Part shown: one piece after another, positions 8,003-17,550 of the stretch | How positions within the stretch are numbered: the first letter of the stretch is position 1 | Layout: each line of letters starts with the position of its first letter | DNA from: Patescibacteria group bacterium | GTDB lineage: Bacteria; Patescibacteriota; Minisyncoccia; Minisyncoccales; UBA10102 | Reading direction: 5' to 3' | Assembly (NCBI GenBank): GCA_022563395.1 | Contig: JADFNM010000001.1 | Span: 590,342-654,341 of the forward strand | Length of the DNA stretch: 64,000 bases | Notes under the pieces: model-generated | The model's database searches: none | What the model was told of the DNA's origin: nothing | The model's input: the letters and a program-made list of their open reading frames with translations, nothing else | Position numbers and translations under genes: made by a program

Positions 8003-9727
8003 TCAGAAAGTAAGACTTTTACCTTTACTTAATGCCCCATCAAAATCTCCTATAAACTCCCACCAATCTCTCATTTGGCTACCCAGATATGTCAAGACGT
8101 TATTTTTACCTGGGATATTCTGCATCCACCACTTCTTAAATTCAACTCCGCCATTCGCAAGGCACGTTGTCCCATACCATGTATGGCAGCTGACATCCTT
8201 TACTTCACCGCTTCCATCCGGGCGCCAGTCCTCGCAGTTGGATTTTACTATTGTTTCGCTGGTCCATCCTGGGTCGTATTCTTCTTTGGAATTAGGGCCA
8301 GTGTGTGTCCACCCGCAGCTGTTGACAGTAGGAGAAGGTTCTCCATAGGGAAGCTGGAATTTGTTCCAAAGTGTTGCATCGACAAATCTGAAGATTGATT
8401 CGATATGATGACCGTGATTTTCAAGCGCTTCAGCAAGTCCACGTGCATAATTATAATTGTAGAGTGTGTATGATTGCGTACAGGTGGGCAAATCGTCAAT
8501 TTGCTCGCTGTTGCTTACATCTCCATATGTCCCATGGTTCCACTGGACTTGCGACGTGGTACCCATTGCCATGTTACTTTCAACTGGATTGATGTTGCCA
8601 AAATGGTAACCCCATATCCACACCTCCCTGACACCAAGATTGTCCACATAGTTGCATATACTAACATCAGTAGTCAGTATGAGATTATAATCAGGCCTAA
8701 ATACACCTGGATCCCAGGGGATTGCATTGGTCGAAATAGGCTTGGGTTTCAAAAATTCCTTATCCTCTATAACACTATATTGCAAAGAAGGTGTAGCAGC
8801 GGCATCTTTGTATCCATGATAGGTGCTTGCGCTCCCAAGCGAATTCACTATATCCGTTGTTAGCTGATTTACTTTTGTCCTTATAGAAACGAGGCTGTCG
8901 TTCATTCCGGTTATTTCGGGGTCAAGGTTGCCGTCCCCGTTTTCGGCAGGGAAGTATTTCAAAACGAGAACGGAAACAGAAATTGCGGGTGGAGAAGAGA
9001 AAGTGGTTGGAGCTGAAACAGTATAGCTTACGTTTGCATAGTTGTTACCCTCATTGGATTCGGTGATTGTGCATGCCATGTCGACAAACATCCTTGCGGC
9101 ATAAGTTCCTTGAGATACTGGTACTTGGAAACTTACCGACCATGAATCAGAACTGCTCGGCGAAAAACTATATGGCGTCCAGTGGTCAATACCGCCCGGG
9201 GCGCTGCACCCAGGGTTTGAGTTTGTGTTGGAGTAAAGGTGGGTGTTGAATGCGCTTGAGTCGCTCTGTCCCAAGTTGGTAACGCTTATGGTGGCAGTAG
9301 CTGTTTCTCCAGGTGTGTAGCTTGACCTATTAAGCGAAAAAGAAGAAATGACAAGGTCTGGTTGTCCTAACGAAGGGGTTGAAGTGGAAGTTGGTGTCGG
9401 CGGTGGTACGGGCGCTGGTGACGGCTCCGAACTTGGTTCGTCTGTTGGTGTGGCTGTGGGTGTTGGGATAGGACCCGGAGGTTGTGCTGGTTTTAGGATG
9501 GGTGAGGTTGGGGAGGTAGTTTTCTCAGGCGCTTGAGATGATTTTGTAGCAGTGGGTGGTGTACCAATCTTATTCTCAGATGGAGGCGTGGGTTCTTCGC
9601 TCTGTTCCGTTGACGTCTCTTTGGACTGTGATAGCCGCTGATATACTATGACAATGTCGACAACGATGAACGTTATCAAAGCTACGAGGATTGAGATAAT
9701 TTTGATTTGTCCCCTTGACTGTATCAT
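8003..9727 (-). CDS. Secreted protein with Pro/Thr-rich linker, CARDB-like domain and a Trp/Cys-rich C-terminal domain of unknown function
   Basis: 574 aa with an N-terminal TM helix and a long P/T/S linker. PDLVISSF...TPGETATATISVTNLG...GNNYANVSYTV is a CARDB-like pattern. No catalytic motif recognised. Confidence 0.7.
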   Translation of the reverse strand: MIQSRGQIKIISILVALITFIVVDIVIVYQRLSQSKETSTEQSEEPTPPSENKIGTPPTATKSSQAPEKTTSPTSPILKPAQPPGPIPTPTATPTDEPSSEPSPAPVPPPTPTSTSTPSLGQPDLVISSFSLNRSSYTPGETATATISVTNLGQSDSSAFNTHLYSNTNSNPGCSAPGGIDHWTPYSFSPSSSDSWSVSFQVPVSQGTYAARMFVDMACTITESNEGNNYANVSYTVSAPTTFSSPPAISVSVLVLKYFPAENGDGNLDPEITGMNDSLVSIRTKVNQLTTDIVNSLGSASTYHGYKDAAATPSLQYSVIEDKEFLKPKPISTNAIPWDPGVFRPDYNLILTTDVSICNYVDNLGVREVWIWGYHFGNINPVESNMAMGTTSQVQWNHGTYGDVSNSEQIDDLPTCTQSYTLYNYNYARGLAEALENHGHHIESIFRFVDATLWNKFQLPYGEPSPTVNSCGWTHTGPNSKEEYDPGWTSETIVKSNCEDWRPDGSGEVKDVSCHTWYGTTCLANGGVEFKKWWMQNIPGKNNVLTYLGSQMRDWWEFIGDFDGALSKGKSLTF

Positions 9728-9828
9728 GTATTATTGAATGTCTTCCTTAGAGTATAATATCATCTAGAGGGCCTTGCTGAAACAGGTTGAAGAGAAGGAG
9801 AGGGAGGAGTACAATACAGCATTATCCC

Positions 9829-10221
9829 ATGGTCGAAATACAGAATTCCACCAAAGAGCGAATAAGGGTCAAACAACTCAAGACCCTTGCAGAACGCATC
9901 TTGAAGAAAGAAAAATCGGGGAAGAAAGACCTCTCGGCAGTTCTGGTGTCTCCCCAAAAGATGCGGGAGCTTAATAAAGTATGGCGAGGCAAGGACAAGG
10001 CAACCAACGTGCTTGCTTTTCCCGGCGGCAAAGAGGCCCTGGGAGAGGTTGTTTTGTGCCCTTCTGCAATACGTAAAGATGCGCTAGAATACAAGATATC
10101 CTTTCAAAGGGCTGTTTCTTGGATGTTTGTGCACGGCCTCTTGCATCTCTTGGGGTATGACCACAAGACTTCAAACGACGAAAAGAAAATGACTCAAAAA
10201 GAACAGCGATATCTTTCATGA
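9829..10221 (+). CDS. ybeY: rRNA maturation endoribonuclease YbeY
   Basis: Has the HGLLHLLGYDH zinc motif and WRGKDKATNVLAFP. The ATG at 9829 gives a family-typical N-terminus, whereas the track ORF begins at a TTG at 9787. Confidence 0.85.
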   Translation: MVEIQNSTKERIRVKQLKTLAERILKKEKSGKKDLSAVLVSPQKMRELNKVWRGKDKATNVLAFPGGKEALGEVVLCPSAIRKDALEYKISFQRAVSWMFVHGLLHLLGYDHKTSNDEKKMTQKEQRYLS

Positions 10222-11420
10222 AACAGCGTACCCTTGCGGCATTAGACATTGGAACAAAGTCTTTAAAGATGGCAGTGGCAGAAGTTGGAGAAGATGGGGC
10301 TCTGGAGATTTTGGGTGTGGCCGAGGAACCCTCATTTGGAGTGAGAAAGAGCGTGGTGGTCAGGCCCGAGGAAACAACAAAACACATTGAAATTTTGGTG
10401 CGTAGGGCAGAGCAGATGACCTCTTCTCGTATCGAAGAAGTATCGGTTTCTTTGGGAGGGAGCAGATTGTTTGCGGTTTCTTCCCATGGTCTGGTTGCGG
10501 TATCCCGGGCCGACGGCAATATTTCAAAAGAAGACGTGGACCGAGTTTTACAGGCTGCCCAGACCTTTTCTCTTTCGCAGAACCAGGAGATTTTGGAGGT
10601 ATACCCCACCCAATATGTGGTGGACGGGGAGCAGGGTATTCGAGAACCCATCGGCATGAAGGCTGTGCGCTTGGAAACAGACATTATTGCAGTATGCCTG
10701 TTTTCCCCTGATTTAAAAAACCTGACCGATGCTGTGCTAGAAGCAGGGCTTGAAATTGTTGGCGTGGTTCCAAGTCCCTTGGCGGCAGCTACCGCAGTAT
10801 TGAGCCCGCAAGAAAAAGAGATGGGGGTTGCCGTAGTAGAGCTGGGAGCCGGAACCACGTCCCTGGCGGTGTTTGAAGAAGGAGATTTAAAACACATTGC
10901 GGTTCTTCCTGTGGGGGCAGAAAATATCACCCATGACATTGCCATTGGTTTGCGGATTGAACACGACCTGGCAGAGCGCATCAAGACCGAGTTTGGGACG
11001 GCCTCTTTAATAAAAGGAAAAAGAATGGAAAAGATTGAGCTTGGCAGCGGGGAAACCTTTACCTTTTCTTCAAAGTTTGTCACCCATATCATTGAAGAGC
11101 GGGTAAAAGAGATCCTGCAGCTTTTAAACAAGGAGTTAAAGAAATTGGGGAAACAGGGTCAGCTGCCAGGAGGCGTGGTACTGTGCGGCGGGGGAGCAAA
11201 GTTGCCGAAAATCGCAGAATTTGCCAAAAAAGAGTTAAAGCTTTCTGCAAAGGTAGGGAGTCCTCGGGGTTTGACCACCTCAAAGGAAGACCCCGCGTTC
11301 CTGGGGGTTTTTGGCCTCCTGGTGGATGCAGCAAAAGAGCAGGAATCAGGAGGCAAGATACAAAAGCCTGCCCGCGTAGCAGGATTTCTTAAAAGATTGT
11401 TTAAGTCTTTCATTCCATGA
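10218..11420 (+). CDS. ftsA: Cell division protein FtsA
   Basis: 400 aa actin-fold protein (ALDIGTKSLKMAV, VVELGAGTTSLAVF, GVVLCGGGAKLP). Has a C-terminal amphipathic helix GFLKRLFKSFIP. Confidence 0.92.
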   Translation: MKQRTLAALDIGTKSLKMAVAEVGEDGALEILGVAEEPSFGVRKSVVVRPEETTKHIEILVRRAEQMTSSRIEEVSVSLGGSRLFAVSSHGLVAVSRADGNISKEDVDRVLQAAQTFSLSQNQEILEVYPTQYVVDGEQGIREPIGMKAVRLETDIIAVCLFSPDLKNLTDAVLEAGLEIVGVVPSPLAAATAVLSPQEKEMGVAVVELGAGTTSLAVFEEGDLKHIAVLPVGAENITHDIAIGLRIEHDLAERIKTEFGTASLIKGKRMEKIELGSGETFTFSSKFVTHIIEERVKEILQLLNKELKKLGKQGQLPGGVVLCGGGAKLPKIAEFAKKELKLSAKVGSPRGLTTSKEDPAFLGVFGLLVDAAKEQESGGKIQKPARVAGFLKRLFKSFIP

Positions 11421-12364
11421 CAGCAAAAACAGTAATTAAGGTGTTTGGGATAGGGGGAGCCGGAAACAACGCGATAGACAGAATGGTACAGGCCAAGATT
11501 CGGGGAGTCGATCTCATTGCCATTAACACGGACGCCCAGGACTTAAAGAAAGTCAAAGCTCACCACAAGATTCGCATTGGCAGGGAGAGTACCAAGGGGC
11601 TGGGAGCTGGCATGAACCCGGAGCTGGGAAAACGGGCTGCCTTGGAAAGCAAGGAAGAACTTGAGAGTGCGCTTAAGGGAGCCGACATGGTGTTTCTGGC
11701 AGCAGGCCTTGGAGGAGGAACAGGGGGAGGTGCCATTGTTCCTATAGCTGAAATGGCAAGAGCGCAAAAGATTTTGAGCATTGCCGTGGTGACCAAACCC
11801 TTCACCTTTGAAGGCTCCTGGAGAAACAGGCTGGCTGACCGGGCATTGCAAGAACTTCAGGGCAAGGTAGACACCCTTTTGGTTATTGAAAACGACCAGA
11901 TTCTAGAGCTTGCAGGCCAAGACACCACCGTACTTTCTGCCTTTTGGCAGGTAGATGAGATCCTGCGCCAGGCAGTGCAGGGCATTTCAGATCTCATTGC
12001 GGTTCCTGGCATCGTTAATGTGGACTTTGCGGACGTGAGAAGAATCATGGCCTCTGCCGGACAGGCGGTGTTTGGGGTAGGCAAGGCAAAGGGTGAGCAG
12101 CGTATTGAGCAGGCCCTGGAAGCAGCTCTCCACTCACCGTTGTTGAACATGTCCATTCAAGGGGCCCAGGCTGTGCTCTTTAACGTGGCAGGAGGAGACG
12201 ACCTTTCCTTAACCGAGGTGAATGAGGCAGCGCAAAAGATCAAAGAGAAGCTCGCACCAGGAGCTACCATTATCTTTGGTGCCGTGTATGACAAGAGTTT
12301 GAAAAAAGGTGAGGTAAAGATTACCCTCATTGCCACGGGTTTTAAAAAAGGAATGTTTTCTTGA
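11417..12364 (+). CDS. ftsZ: Cell division GTPase FtsZ (core only, no C-terminal linker or tail)
   Basis: 315 aa. Has GIGGAGNNA and the tubulin signature GLGGGTGGGA. The protein ends about 10 aa after the ...ITLIATGF strand that closes the globular core. Confidence 0.93.
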   Translation: MTAKTVIKVFGIGGAGNNAIDRMVQAKIRGVDLIAINTDAQDLKKVKAHHKIRIGRESTKGLGAGMNPELGKRAALESKEELESALKGADMVFLAAGLGGGTGGGAIVPIAEMARAQKILSIAVVTKPFTFEGSWRNRLADRALQELQGKVDTLLVIENDQILELAGQDTTVLSAFWQVDEILRQAVQGISDLIAVPGIVNVDFADVRRIMASAGQAVFGVGKAKGEQRIEQALEAALHSPLLNMSIQGAQAVLFNVAGGDDLSLTEVNEAAQKIKEKLAPGATIIFGAVYDKSLKKGEVKITLIATGFKKGMFS

Positions 12365-13806
12365 TGCTGTTTTCTCAGTTTGTGTTTGGTGTTGTTCTGG
12401 CCTTTGGAGCCGGAATTTTTTTCGCCTCGTTTTTCTCTTCTTCCTACTTTTTCATCCTTCCCCTCCTTGTAGTCGGCATTATACTTGCCAGTGTCTTTTG
12501 GAGAAAGTGGAGCGTGGTGCATATGGGGGTATTGATTGCGGTGTCGGCCTTTAGCATGGCGTACTATCTTACTGCAGCAAAGCTTCCAGAGCCGCTCTCT
12601 TTTCCCCAGGACGTTTCCTTTGAAGGAAGGATTGTGACGTCACCAGAAAGAGACGAGCAGGCAATGAAAGTAATAGTGAAACCCGCACACATGAAAGGCA
12701 GGGTGCTGCTTTACGTTTCTTCTTTTGAGGAACTCAGGCAAGGGGATAGGGTTTTGGTTTCTGGCAAAATCCTTACGCCCACGGTGTTTGAGGATTTCAA
12801 CTATCCTTTATATCTAGCAAAGGAAGGAATTTTCTGGGTCATGTTTCGTCCCAGCATTGAAGTTCAACAAAAAGGAACATCATTTCTTTTTAACCTCAGG
12901 GAAACACTGCAAGAAAGAATTGATACATCCCTTCCCCTGCCTGAATCCTCTTTATTGGCCTCCATGCTTTTGGGAAATAAGGCGGGCCTGCCAGAAGAAT
13001 TGAAAGAAGACCTGAATGCCACGGGCACAAGGCACATTACTGCAATCTCTGGAATGCATGTTGCCATACTCTCTGGCATGCTTTTTGTCTTTTTGTTACA
13101 TCTTGGAATACCAAGAAAGAAGAGTTCGCTTGTGGTTTTGGGGTTTCTGCTCTTCTTTGTGATGTTCACGGGTTCTCAAGCTTCAGCCCTGCGCGCCGGG
13201 ATTATGGGAAGCGCCTTTTTGATTGCGGGTCTTTTTGGGAGGAGAAATGTTGGTTTGCGCGTTTTGGTGTTTGCCGCGGCCTTTATGCTGTTTTTTAACC
13301 CTTTGCTCTTGGCGCACGACATTAGCTTTCAGCTTTCCTTTCTTGCGGTATTTGGCATTCTCTTGTTTCTTCCTTTGTTTAAGTATGTATTTGGGCGCCT
13401 GCCCAACCCCCTTGGGTTAAGAGATGTGGTTTTTATGAGCATCACGGCTCAGATTTTCACTCTACCCTTGGTGCTTTACCACTTTGGCATACTCTCTTTT
13501 GTTTCTTTAGCGGGCAACCTCCTCATTGTTCCCTTAATTCCCCTCGTGCTCTTTCTCGGCGTTCTCTTTCTTTTGTTGAGCATGCTTCTTCCTTTTTTAG
13601 CCTACCTTTTTGCCTTTCCCGTGGGGCTGCTCCTTTCCTATCTTTCCTTTGTTATTACAGCGCTCTCTGAGTTTCCTTTTGCAGCGGGCAGTGTTGAGGG
13701 GTTTCCCTTGTGGGTGTTACTTCCCTTATTGCTGCCAGCTTCCTTTTTTGCATGGAGAGTGCAACAGGAAAAGCGATTTCGATTCCGAGAGGAAACAATG
13801 ATATGA
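12361..13806 (+). CDS. comEC: ComEC/Rec2-family competence channel protein (short form)
   Basis: 481 aa polytopic membrane protein. Has an N-terminal OB-like region (GRIVTSPERDEQAMKVIV) and the competence-domain motif TGTRHITAISGMHVAIL. No C-terminal metallo-beta-lactamase domain is present. Confidence 0.82.
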   Translation: MMLFSQFVFGVVLAFGAGIFFASFFSSSYFFILPLLVVGIILASVFWRKWSVVHMGVLIAVSAFSMAYYLTAAKLPEPLSFPQDVSFEGRIVTSPERDEQAMKVIVKPAHMKGRVLLYVSSFEELRQGDRVLVSGKILTPTVFEDFNYPLYLAKEGIFWVMFRPSIEVQQKGTSFLFNLRETLQERIDTSLPLPESSLLASMLLGNKAGLPEELKEDLNATGTRHITAISGMHVAILSGMLFVFLLHLGIPRKKSSLVVLGFLLFFVMFTGSQASALRAGIMGSAFLIAGLFGRRNVGLRVLVFAAAFMLFFNPLLLAHDISFQLSFLAVFGILLFLPLFKYVFGRLPNPLGLRDVVFMSITAQIFTLPLVLYHFGILSFVSLAGNLLIVPLIPLVLFLGVLFLLLSMLLPFLAYLFAFPVGLLLSYLSFVITALSEFPFAAGSVEGFPLWVLLPLLLPASFFAWRVQQEKRFRFREETMI

Positions 13807-13904
13807 TATATTTGAATAGTTTTCACCACGGGCCTTTGCCCGCCGAAGCGGGCTACTGCCCGCGAAGGCGGTGGAAACCGCAATTTTATGAATAAAATTG
13901 GCAT

Positions 13905-15212
13905 ATGAAAAAGGCGTGGGTTGTTGCAGTGGACATGGGATACGGGCACCAGCGGGCCGCGTTTACCTTGCGGCGCATTGCTCTTAAAGGGAAAATAATC
14001 ACGGCAAACGATTATCCTGGCATTCCAGAGCTTGACCGCACCCTGTGGCGGGAAACCCGGAGGGTGTATGAGTTTATCTCAAAGTTCAAGAAAATCCCGG
14101 TTTTAGGAGATTTGGTATTTTCCTTAATGGACAAGGTGCAAGAGATAAAGCCCTTTTATCCAAAAGAACGCCCCTTGGAACCCCCAGGACTCCAACTAAG
14201 AACCATCTATGGATTAATCGAGAGAAAGGAGTGGGGCAGGCATTTAATAGAAAAACTGGATGAGCACCCATTACCCATGGTCTGCACCTTTCCGGTTCCA
14301 GCTTTTATGGCAGAGCACTGGAAATACCGGGGAGACATCTATCTTTTGGTGACCGACAGCGATGTTGCCCGTGCTTGGGTCCCCTTCTTTCCCAAAGAGA
14401 CCAAGATTCACTACCTTGCTCCCAGTCAGCTGGTTGCAGAGCGCCTTTTGCAGTATGGAATCTCAAAGAAAAAAATTACTCTGACCGGGTTCCCATTACC
14501 AGAGGAGTTCACAAGCTCTGAGGGATTCACCCAGACAAAAGAGGACTTAAGGAGAAGGTTGGTGCGCTTGGACCAAAAGAGAAAATACATAACCCGGTAT
14601 GCTGATGTGGTGCGTTCATACCTTGGCAAGGTGCCAACAGGCCGCAACGGAGCTCCAGTTATCACATTTGCCGTAGGGGGAGCGGGTGCTCAGCAAGCTC
14701 TGGGCCAGAGCATGATTCACCACCTAGCCCCTCTTTTGAAAAAAAAGAAGCTCAAGTTGCAGATGGTAGCCGCCACCCATAAAGATGCAGCCACAAGATT
14801 CAAGGAAGCTGCAGCAAAAGAGGGATTATCTAAAAAAGAGGTTCAGGTGGTCTTTTTAAAGAGCAAGGACAAGTACTTCAAAAGATTTACTGAGGTTTTA
14901 CGCGCAACGGATATCTTGTGGACCAAGCCTTCCGAACTCTCCTTCTATGCCGCCCTCGGCATTCCTTTGCTTCTTGCCCCTCCCATCGGGTCTCAAGAAG
15001 TGCAGAACCAAAAGTGGCTGGCGCGCTTGGGGGTTGCCATACCACAGCTCAAGGTGGAGCATGCCGATGAATGGATTCCAGACTTTTTAAATCAAGGCTT
15101 GTTTGCAGAAGCTGCCATGCAAGGATTTGTAGAGATGGAGAGAAATGGCGCCAAAAATATTGCGAGTGTCATAGAATCCAATAGTTCCTTAATGAAATTA
15201 AGGAATCCTTAA
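13905..15212 (+). CDS. Putative glycosyltransferase (MGDG-synthase/UgtP-like N-terminus)
   Basis: 435 aa. The N-terminal VAVDMGYGHQRAA resembles the G-x-GH-x-x-A motif of GT28/MGDG-synthase-like enzymes, and a GGAGAQQ segment occurs later. The last 11 codons are encoded by the 65-bp repeat. Confidence 0.45.
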   Translation: MKKAWVVAVDMGYGHQRAAFTLRRIALKGKIITANDYPGIPELDRTLWRETRRVYEFISKFKKIPVLGDLVFSLMDKVQEIKPFYPKERPLEPPGLQLRTIYGLIERKEWGRHLIEKLDEHPLPMVCTFPVPAFMAEHWKYRGDIYLLVTDSDVARAWVPFFPKETKIHYLAPSQLVAERLLQYGISKKKITLTGFPLPEEFTSSEGFTQTKEDLRRRLVRLDQKRKYITRYADVVRSYLGKVPTGRNGAPVITFAVGGAGAQQALGQSMIHHLAPLLKKKKLKLQMVAATHKDAATRFKEAAAKEGLSKKEVQVVFLKSKDKYFKRFTEVLRATDILWTKPSELSFYAALGIPLLLAPPIGSQEVQNQKWLARLGVAIPQLKVEHADEWIPDFLNQGLFAEAAMQGFVEMERNGAKNIASVIESNSSLMKLRNP

Positions 15213-15236
15213 TTTCATTTAAGAGGTATGCGTATG
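15172..15236 (+). repeat. 65-bp direct repeat, copy A (contains a P-family palindrome)
   Basis: TAGAATCCAATAGTTCCTTAATGAAATTAAGGAATCCTTAATTTCATTTAAGAGGTATGCGTATG. Identical to 15901-15965 except for one base. Confidence 0.9.
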
Positions 15237-15941
15237 CAATTTTCTTTTGATTCTTTCAAACGATATATTCAAAAGGTAGAGCGACTTATTCCCGAGGGTT
15301 CAATCTCTAAGAAAGAGTTTGATTTTTTTGTTTCCTTGTTAAAAAAACATGCAGACATACAAGACGTAGGAGAAATTGGGTTTAATGTAGGATTTTCCAG
15401 TTATGCCTTTTTGTCTGCTAGAGATAACATACAGGTTACCTCCTTTGACATCGGAACTCACAAGTATGTGAAGCACGCCAAAGAATTCATCGATGCCCGA
15501 TTCTCAGGGAGACATACGCTCGTGCGGGGAAATTCTCTTAAAACAGTCCCCAGTTTTGTAGAGCACAATCCCAATACAAAGTTTGGCCTTATCTTTATTG
15601 ATGGGGGCCATGATTACCATACGGTTATCACCGATTTGCATAATATGAAGAAGTTGGCGACTCAAGATACGATTGTAGTCATGGATGACCTGACTCCATG
15701 GGAAGGGTGGGGAAGAGGACCGACAAAGGCATGGAGGGAAGCGGTTGGGACGGGACTGATACGAGAAATTGGCGTGTATAAAAACGGGGTGTCCGTCAAG
15801 AGCTTAGAAGGAGGTTCTCCGGATCGAATTTGGGGAGTTGGATGCTATCAAGAGCTAGAGAAACAGGTCTTAACATCATCTCGCAGGCGGAGATATTCTT
15901 TAGAATCCAATAGTTCCTTAATGAAATTAAGGATTCCTTAA
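15228..15941 (+). CDS. Class I SAM-dependent (O-)methyltransferase
   Basis: 237 aa. GEIGFNVGFSS, the FIDGGHDY motif and VVMDD are typical of Methyltransf_24-like enzymes. Start and C-terminus both lie in the 65-bp repeats. Confidence 0.75.
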   Translation: MRMQFSFDSFKRYIQKVERLIPEGSISKKEFDFFVSLLKKHADIQDVGEIGFNVGFSSYAFLSARDNIQVTSFDIGTHKYVKHAKEFIDARFSGRHTLVRGNSLKTVPSFVEHNPNTKFGLIFIDGGHDYHTVITDLHNMKKLATQDTIVVMDDLTPWEGWGRGPTKAWREAVGTGLIREIGVYKNGVSVKSLEGGSPDRIWGVGCYQELEKQVLTSSRRRRYSLESNSSLMKLRIP

Positions 15942-15965
15942 TTTCATTTAAGAGGTATGCGTATG
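15901..15965 (+). repeat. 65-bp direct repeat, copy B
   Basis: Same sequence as 15172-15236 with one A/T difference. Supplies ...ESNSSLMKLRIP-stop to the methyltransferase and ATGCGTATG to the next gene. Confidence 0.9.
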
Positions 15966-16943
15966 GCTAAGAAATTTATTGTTATTACAGGAATTGTTCT
16001 TGTCTTGGTATTTGTGTTTTTGTTTGTGGGAAGCGGCAAGGAGGCAGAGAATATTACCTGGGGGGTGAACTTCTCTCAAAAACAGGCAACGTATTTAAAC
16101 TTAGACTGGCAAGAAGTGTACCTGGCGTTGCTTGAAGACCTGAACGTCAAAAATCTGAGGATTGCTGCCCATTGGAATTTACTGGAGCCAGCAGACCAGC
16201 AGTTTTCCTTTGAAGGTTTAGACTGGCAGATGGACAAGGCAGCATCTTATGGAGCTAAGGTGCTTTTGGCAGTAGGTATGAAAACCCCCAGGTGGCCAGA
16301 GTGTCATATCCCAGAATGGGCAGAGAAACTTCCAAAAGAAGAATTGAGAGCGCAGGTGCTCGAGATGCTTAAAGCAGTAGTTTTGAGGTACAAAGAGCAC
16401 GAAGCTCTCTTTGCCTGGCAGGTGGAGAACGAGCCCCTGCTTCCCTTTGGAGAATGCCCTTTTCGGGATTTCTCGTTCTTGCAAGATGAGGTAGAGCTGG
16501 TACAATCGTTGGATGCAGAGCATGAAGTCCTTACCTCAGACTCAGGTGAGATGTCCTTGTGGTTCAATATGGCTCGCCTGGGAGATAAGGTGGCGGTCAC
16601 CTTGTACCAAAAGGTGTGGTCAGAGGAACTGAACACCTATCTTTCTCTCCCGCTTCCTTCAGTATTTTATGCAAGAAAAGCATGGTTGGTGAAACAGTTG
16701 TTTGGCAAGGAGGTGGTGGTAGGGGAGCTGCAGGCAGAGCCCTGGGTGCAAGGGGAGCTAGAAAACTCCACATTTCAAGAACAAGAAAAGACCATGACTC
16801 TCACGCAGCTCCAAGAGAACATTGCATTTGCAAAAAGTACTGGACTGGATACTTTCTATTTGTGGGGCGGCGAATGGTGGTACTTTATGAAAGAAACCCA
16901 CAACAGAGAAGAGTTTTGGCAAGAGGTAAAGAACATATTTTAG
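15957..16943 (+). CDS. Membrane-anchored glycoside hydrolase (clan GH-A TIM barrel, NEP motif)
   Basis: 328 aa with an N-terminal TM helix. Has NLRIAAHWNLLEP and WQVENEP (acid/base Glu motif of GH5/GH42-like enzymes). Confidence 0.6.
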   Translation: MRMAKKFIVITGIVLVLVFVFLFVGSGKEAENITWGVNFSQKQATYLNLDWQEVYLALLEDLNVKNLRIAAHWNLLEPADQQFSFEGLDWQMDKAASYGAKVLLAVGMKTPRWPECHIPEWAEKLPKEELRAQVLEMLKAVVLRYKEHEALFAWQVENEPLLPFGECPFRDFSFLQDEVELVQSLDAEHEVLTSDSGEMSLWFNMARLGDKVAVTLYQKVWSEELNTYLSLPLPSVFYARKAWLVKQLFGKEVVVGELQAEPWVQGELENSTFQEQEKTMTLTQLQENIAFAKSTGLDTFYLWGGEWWYFMKETHNREEFWQEVKNIF

Positions 16944-16953
16944 AAGTTTATTC

Positions 16954-17550
16954 ATGATTATTGCAAACTTCGTACGCTGGTTGGTAGACAGTATTGGGAG
17001 GAGGCGAGCAAAGCAACTCGTTGGCAAGCTTGAGCATTTCCTTCAAGACGGAGAGAGCGTGCTGGATATTGGAGCTGGAGGAGGATGGAACGGAGAGCGA
17101 ATCCACCAGGAAAAAAAGTGTAACGTCACCCTGCTGGACATTAGTAGTAACCTGAACCGAACTCAGCTCCCTCTTTTGCTGTACGATGGAACCACAATTC
17201 CTTTTGCCGACAATTCTTTTGATACCTCCCTGCTTTTGTTTGTGCTTCATCATTGCCAAGATCCAGCCAAGGTGTTGAAAGAAGCGGTCCGAGTGAGTAA
17301 AAAGCGCGTTATTATCATGGAAGACACTTTTGGTTCTTGGTTCGGACGTATCCTGCTGTGTTGTTATGACACGTTTGAGAATTTCCCTGCTTTATTGGTA
17401 GAACCCTCATACAAGATGAATCTTCCCCATAACTTCAAGAAGGTTCCTGAATGGAAAGAAGCATTTGAACATCTTGGCCTTAAGCTTGTGCACACAGAAC
17501 ACATTCAGCGTTTTCCCATTACTCAGATTCTGTTTATCCTTGAGAAATGA
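16954..17550 (+). CDS. Class I SAM-dependent methyltransferase
   Basis: 198 aa. Has VLDIGAGGG (motif I) and a Methyltransf_11-like layout. Confidence 0.75.
   Translation: MIIANFVRWLVDSIGRRRAKQLVGKLEHFLQDGESVLDIGAGGGWNGERIHQEKKCNVTLLDISSNLNRTQLPLLLYDGTTIPFADNSFDTSLLLFVLHHCQDPAKVLKEAVRVSKKRVIIMEDTFGSWFGRILLCCYDTFENFPALLVEPSYKMNLPHNFKKVPEWKEAFEHLGLKLVHTEHIQRFPITQILFILEK

Noticed and set aside
9971-11131. 386-aa minus-strand ORF
   Set aside because: It lies entirely antisense to ybeY and ftsA, which have strong family motifs. Its Ser/Thr/Ala/Pro-rich low-complexity translation is typical of a shadow ORF.
13820-13880. Tandem GC hairpins GCCCGCcgaaGCGGGC / GCCCGCgaagGCGG after comEC: small RNA?
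   Set aside because: They are short and lie directly 3' of the comEC stop, so they are most simply a terminator. There is no promoter and I recognise no RNA family.
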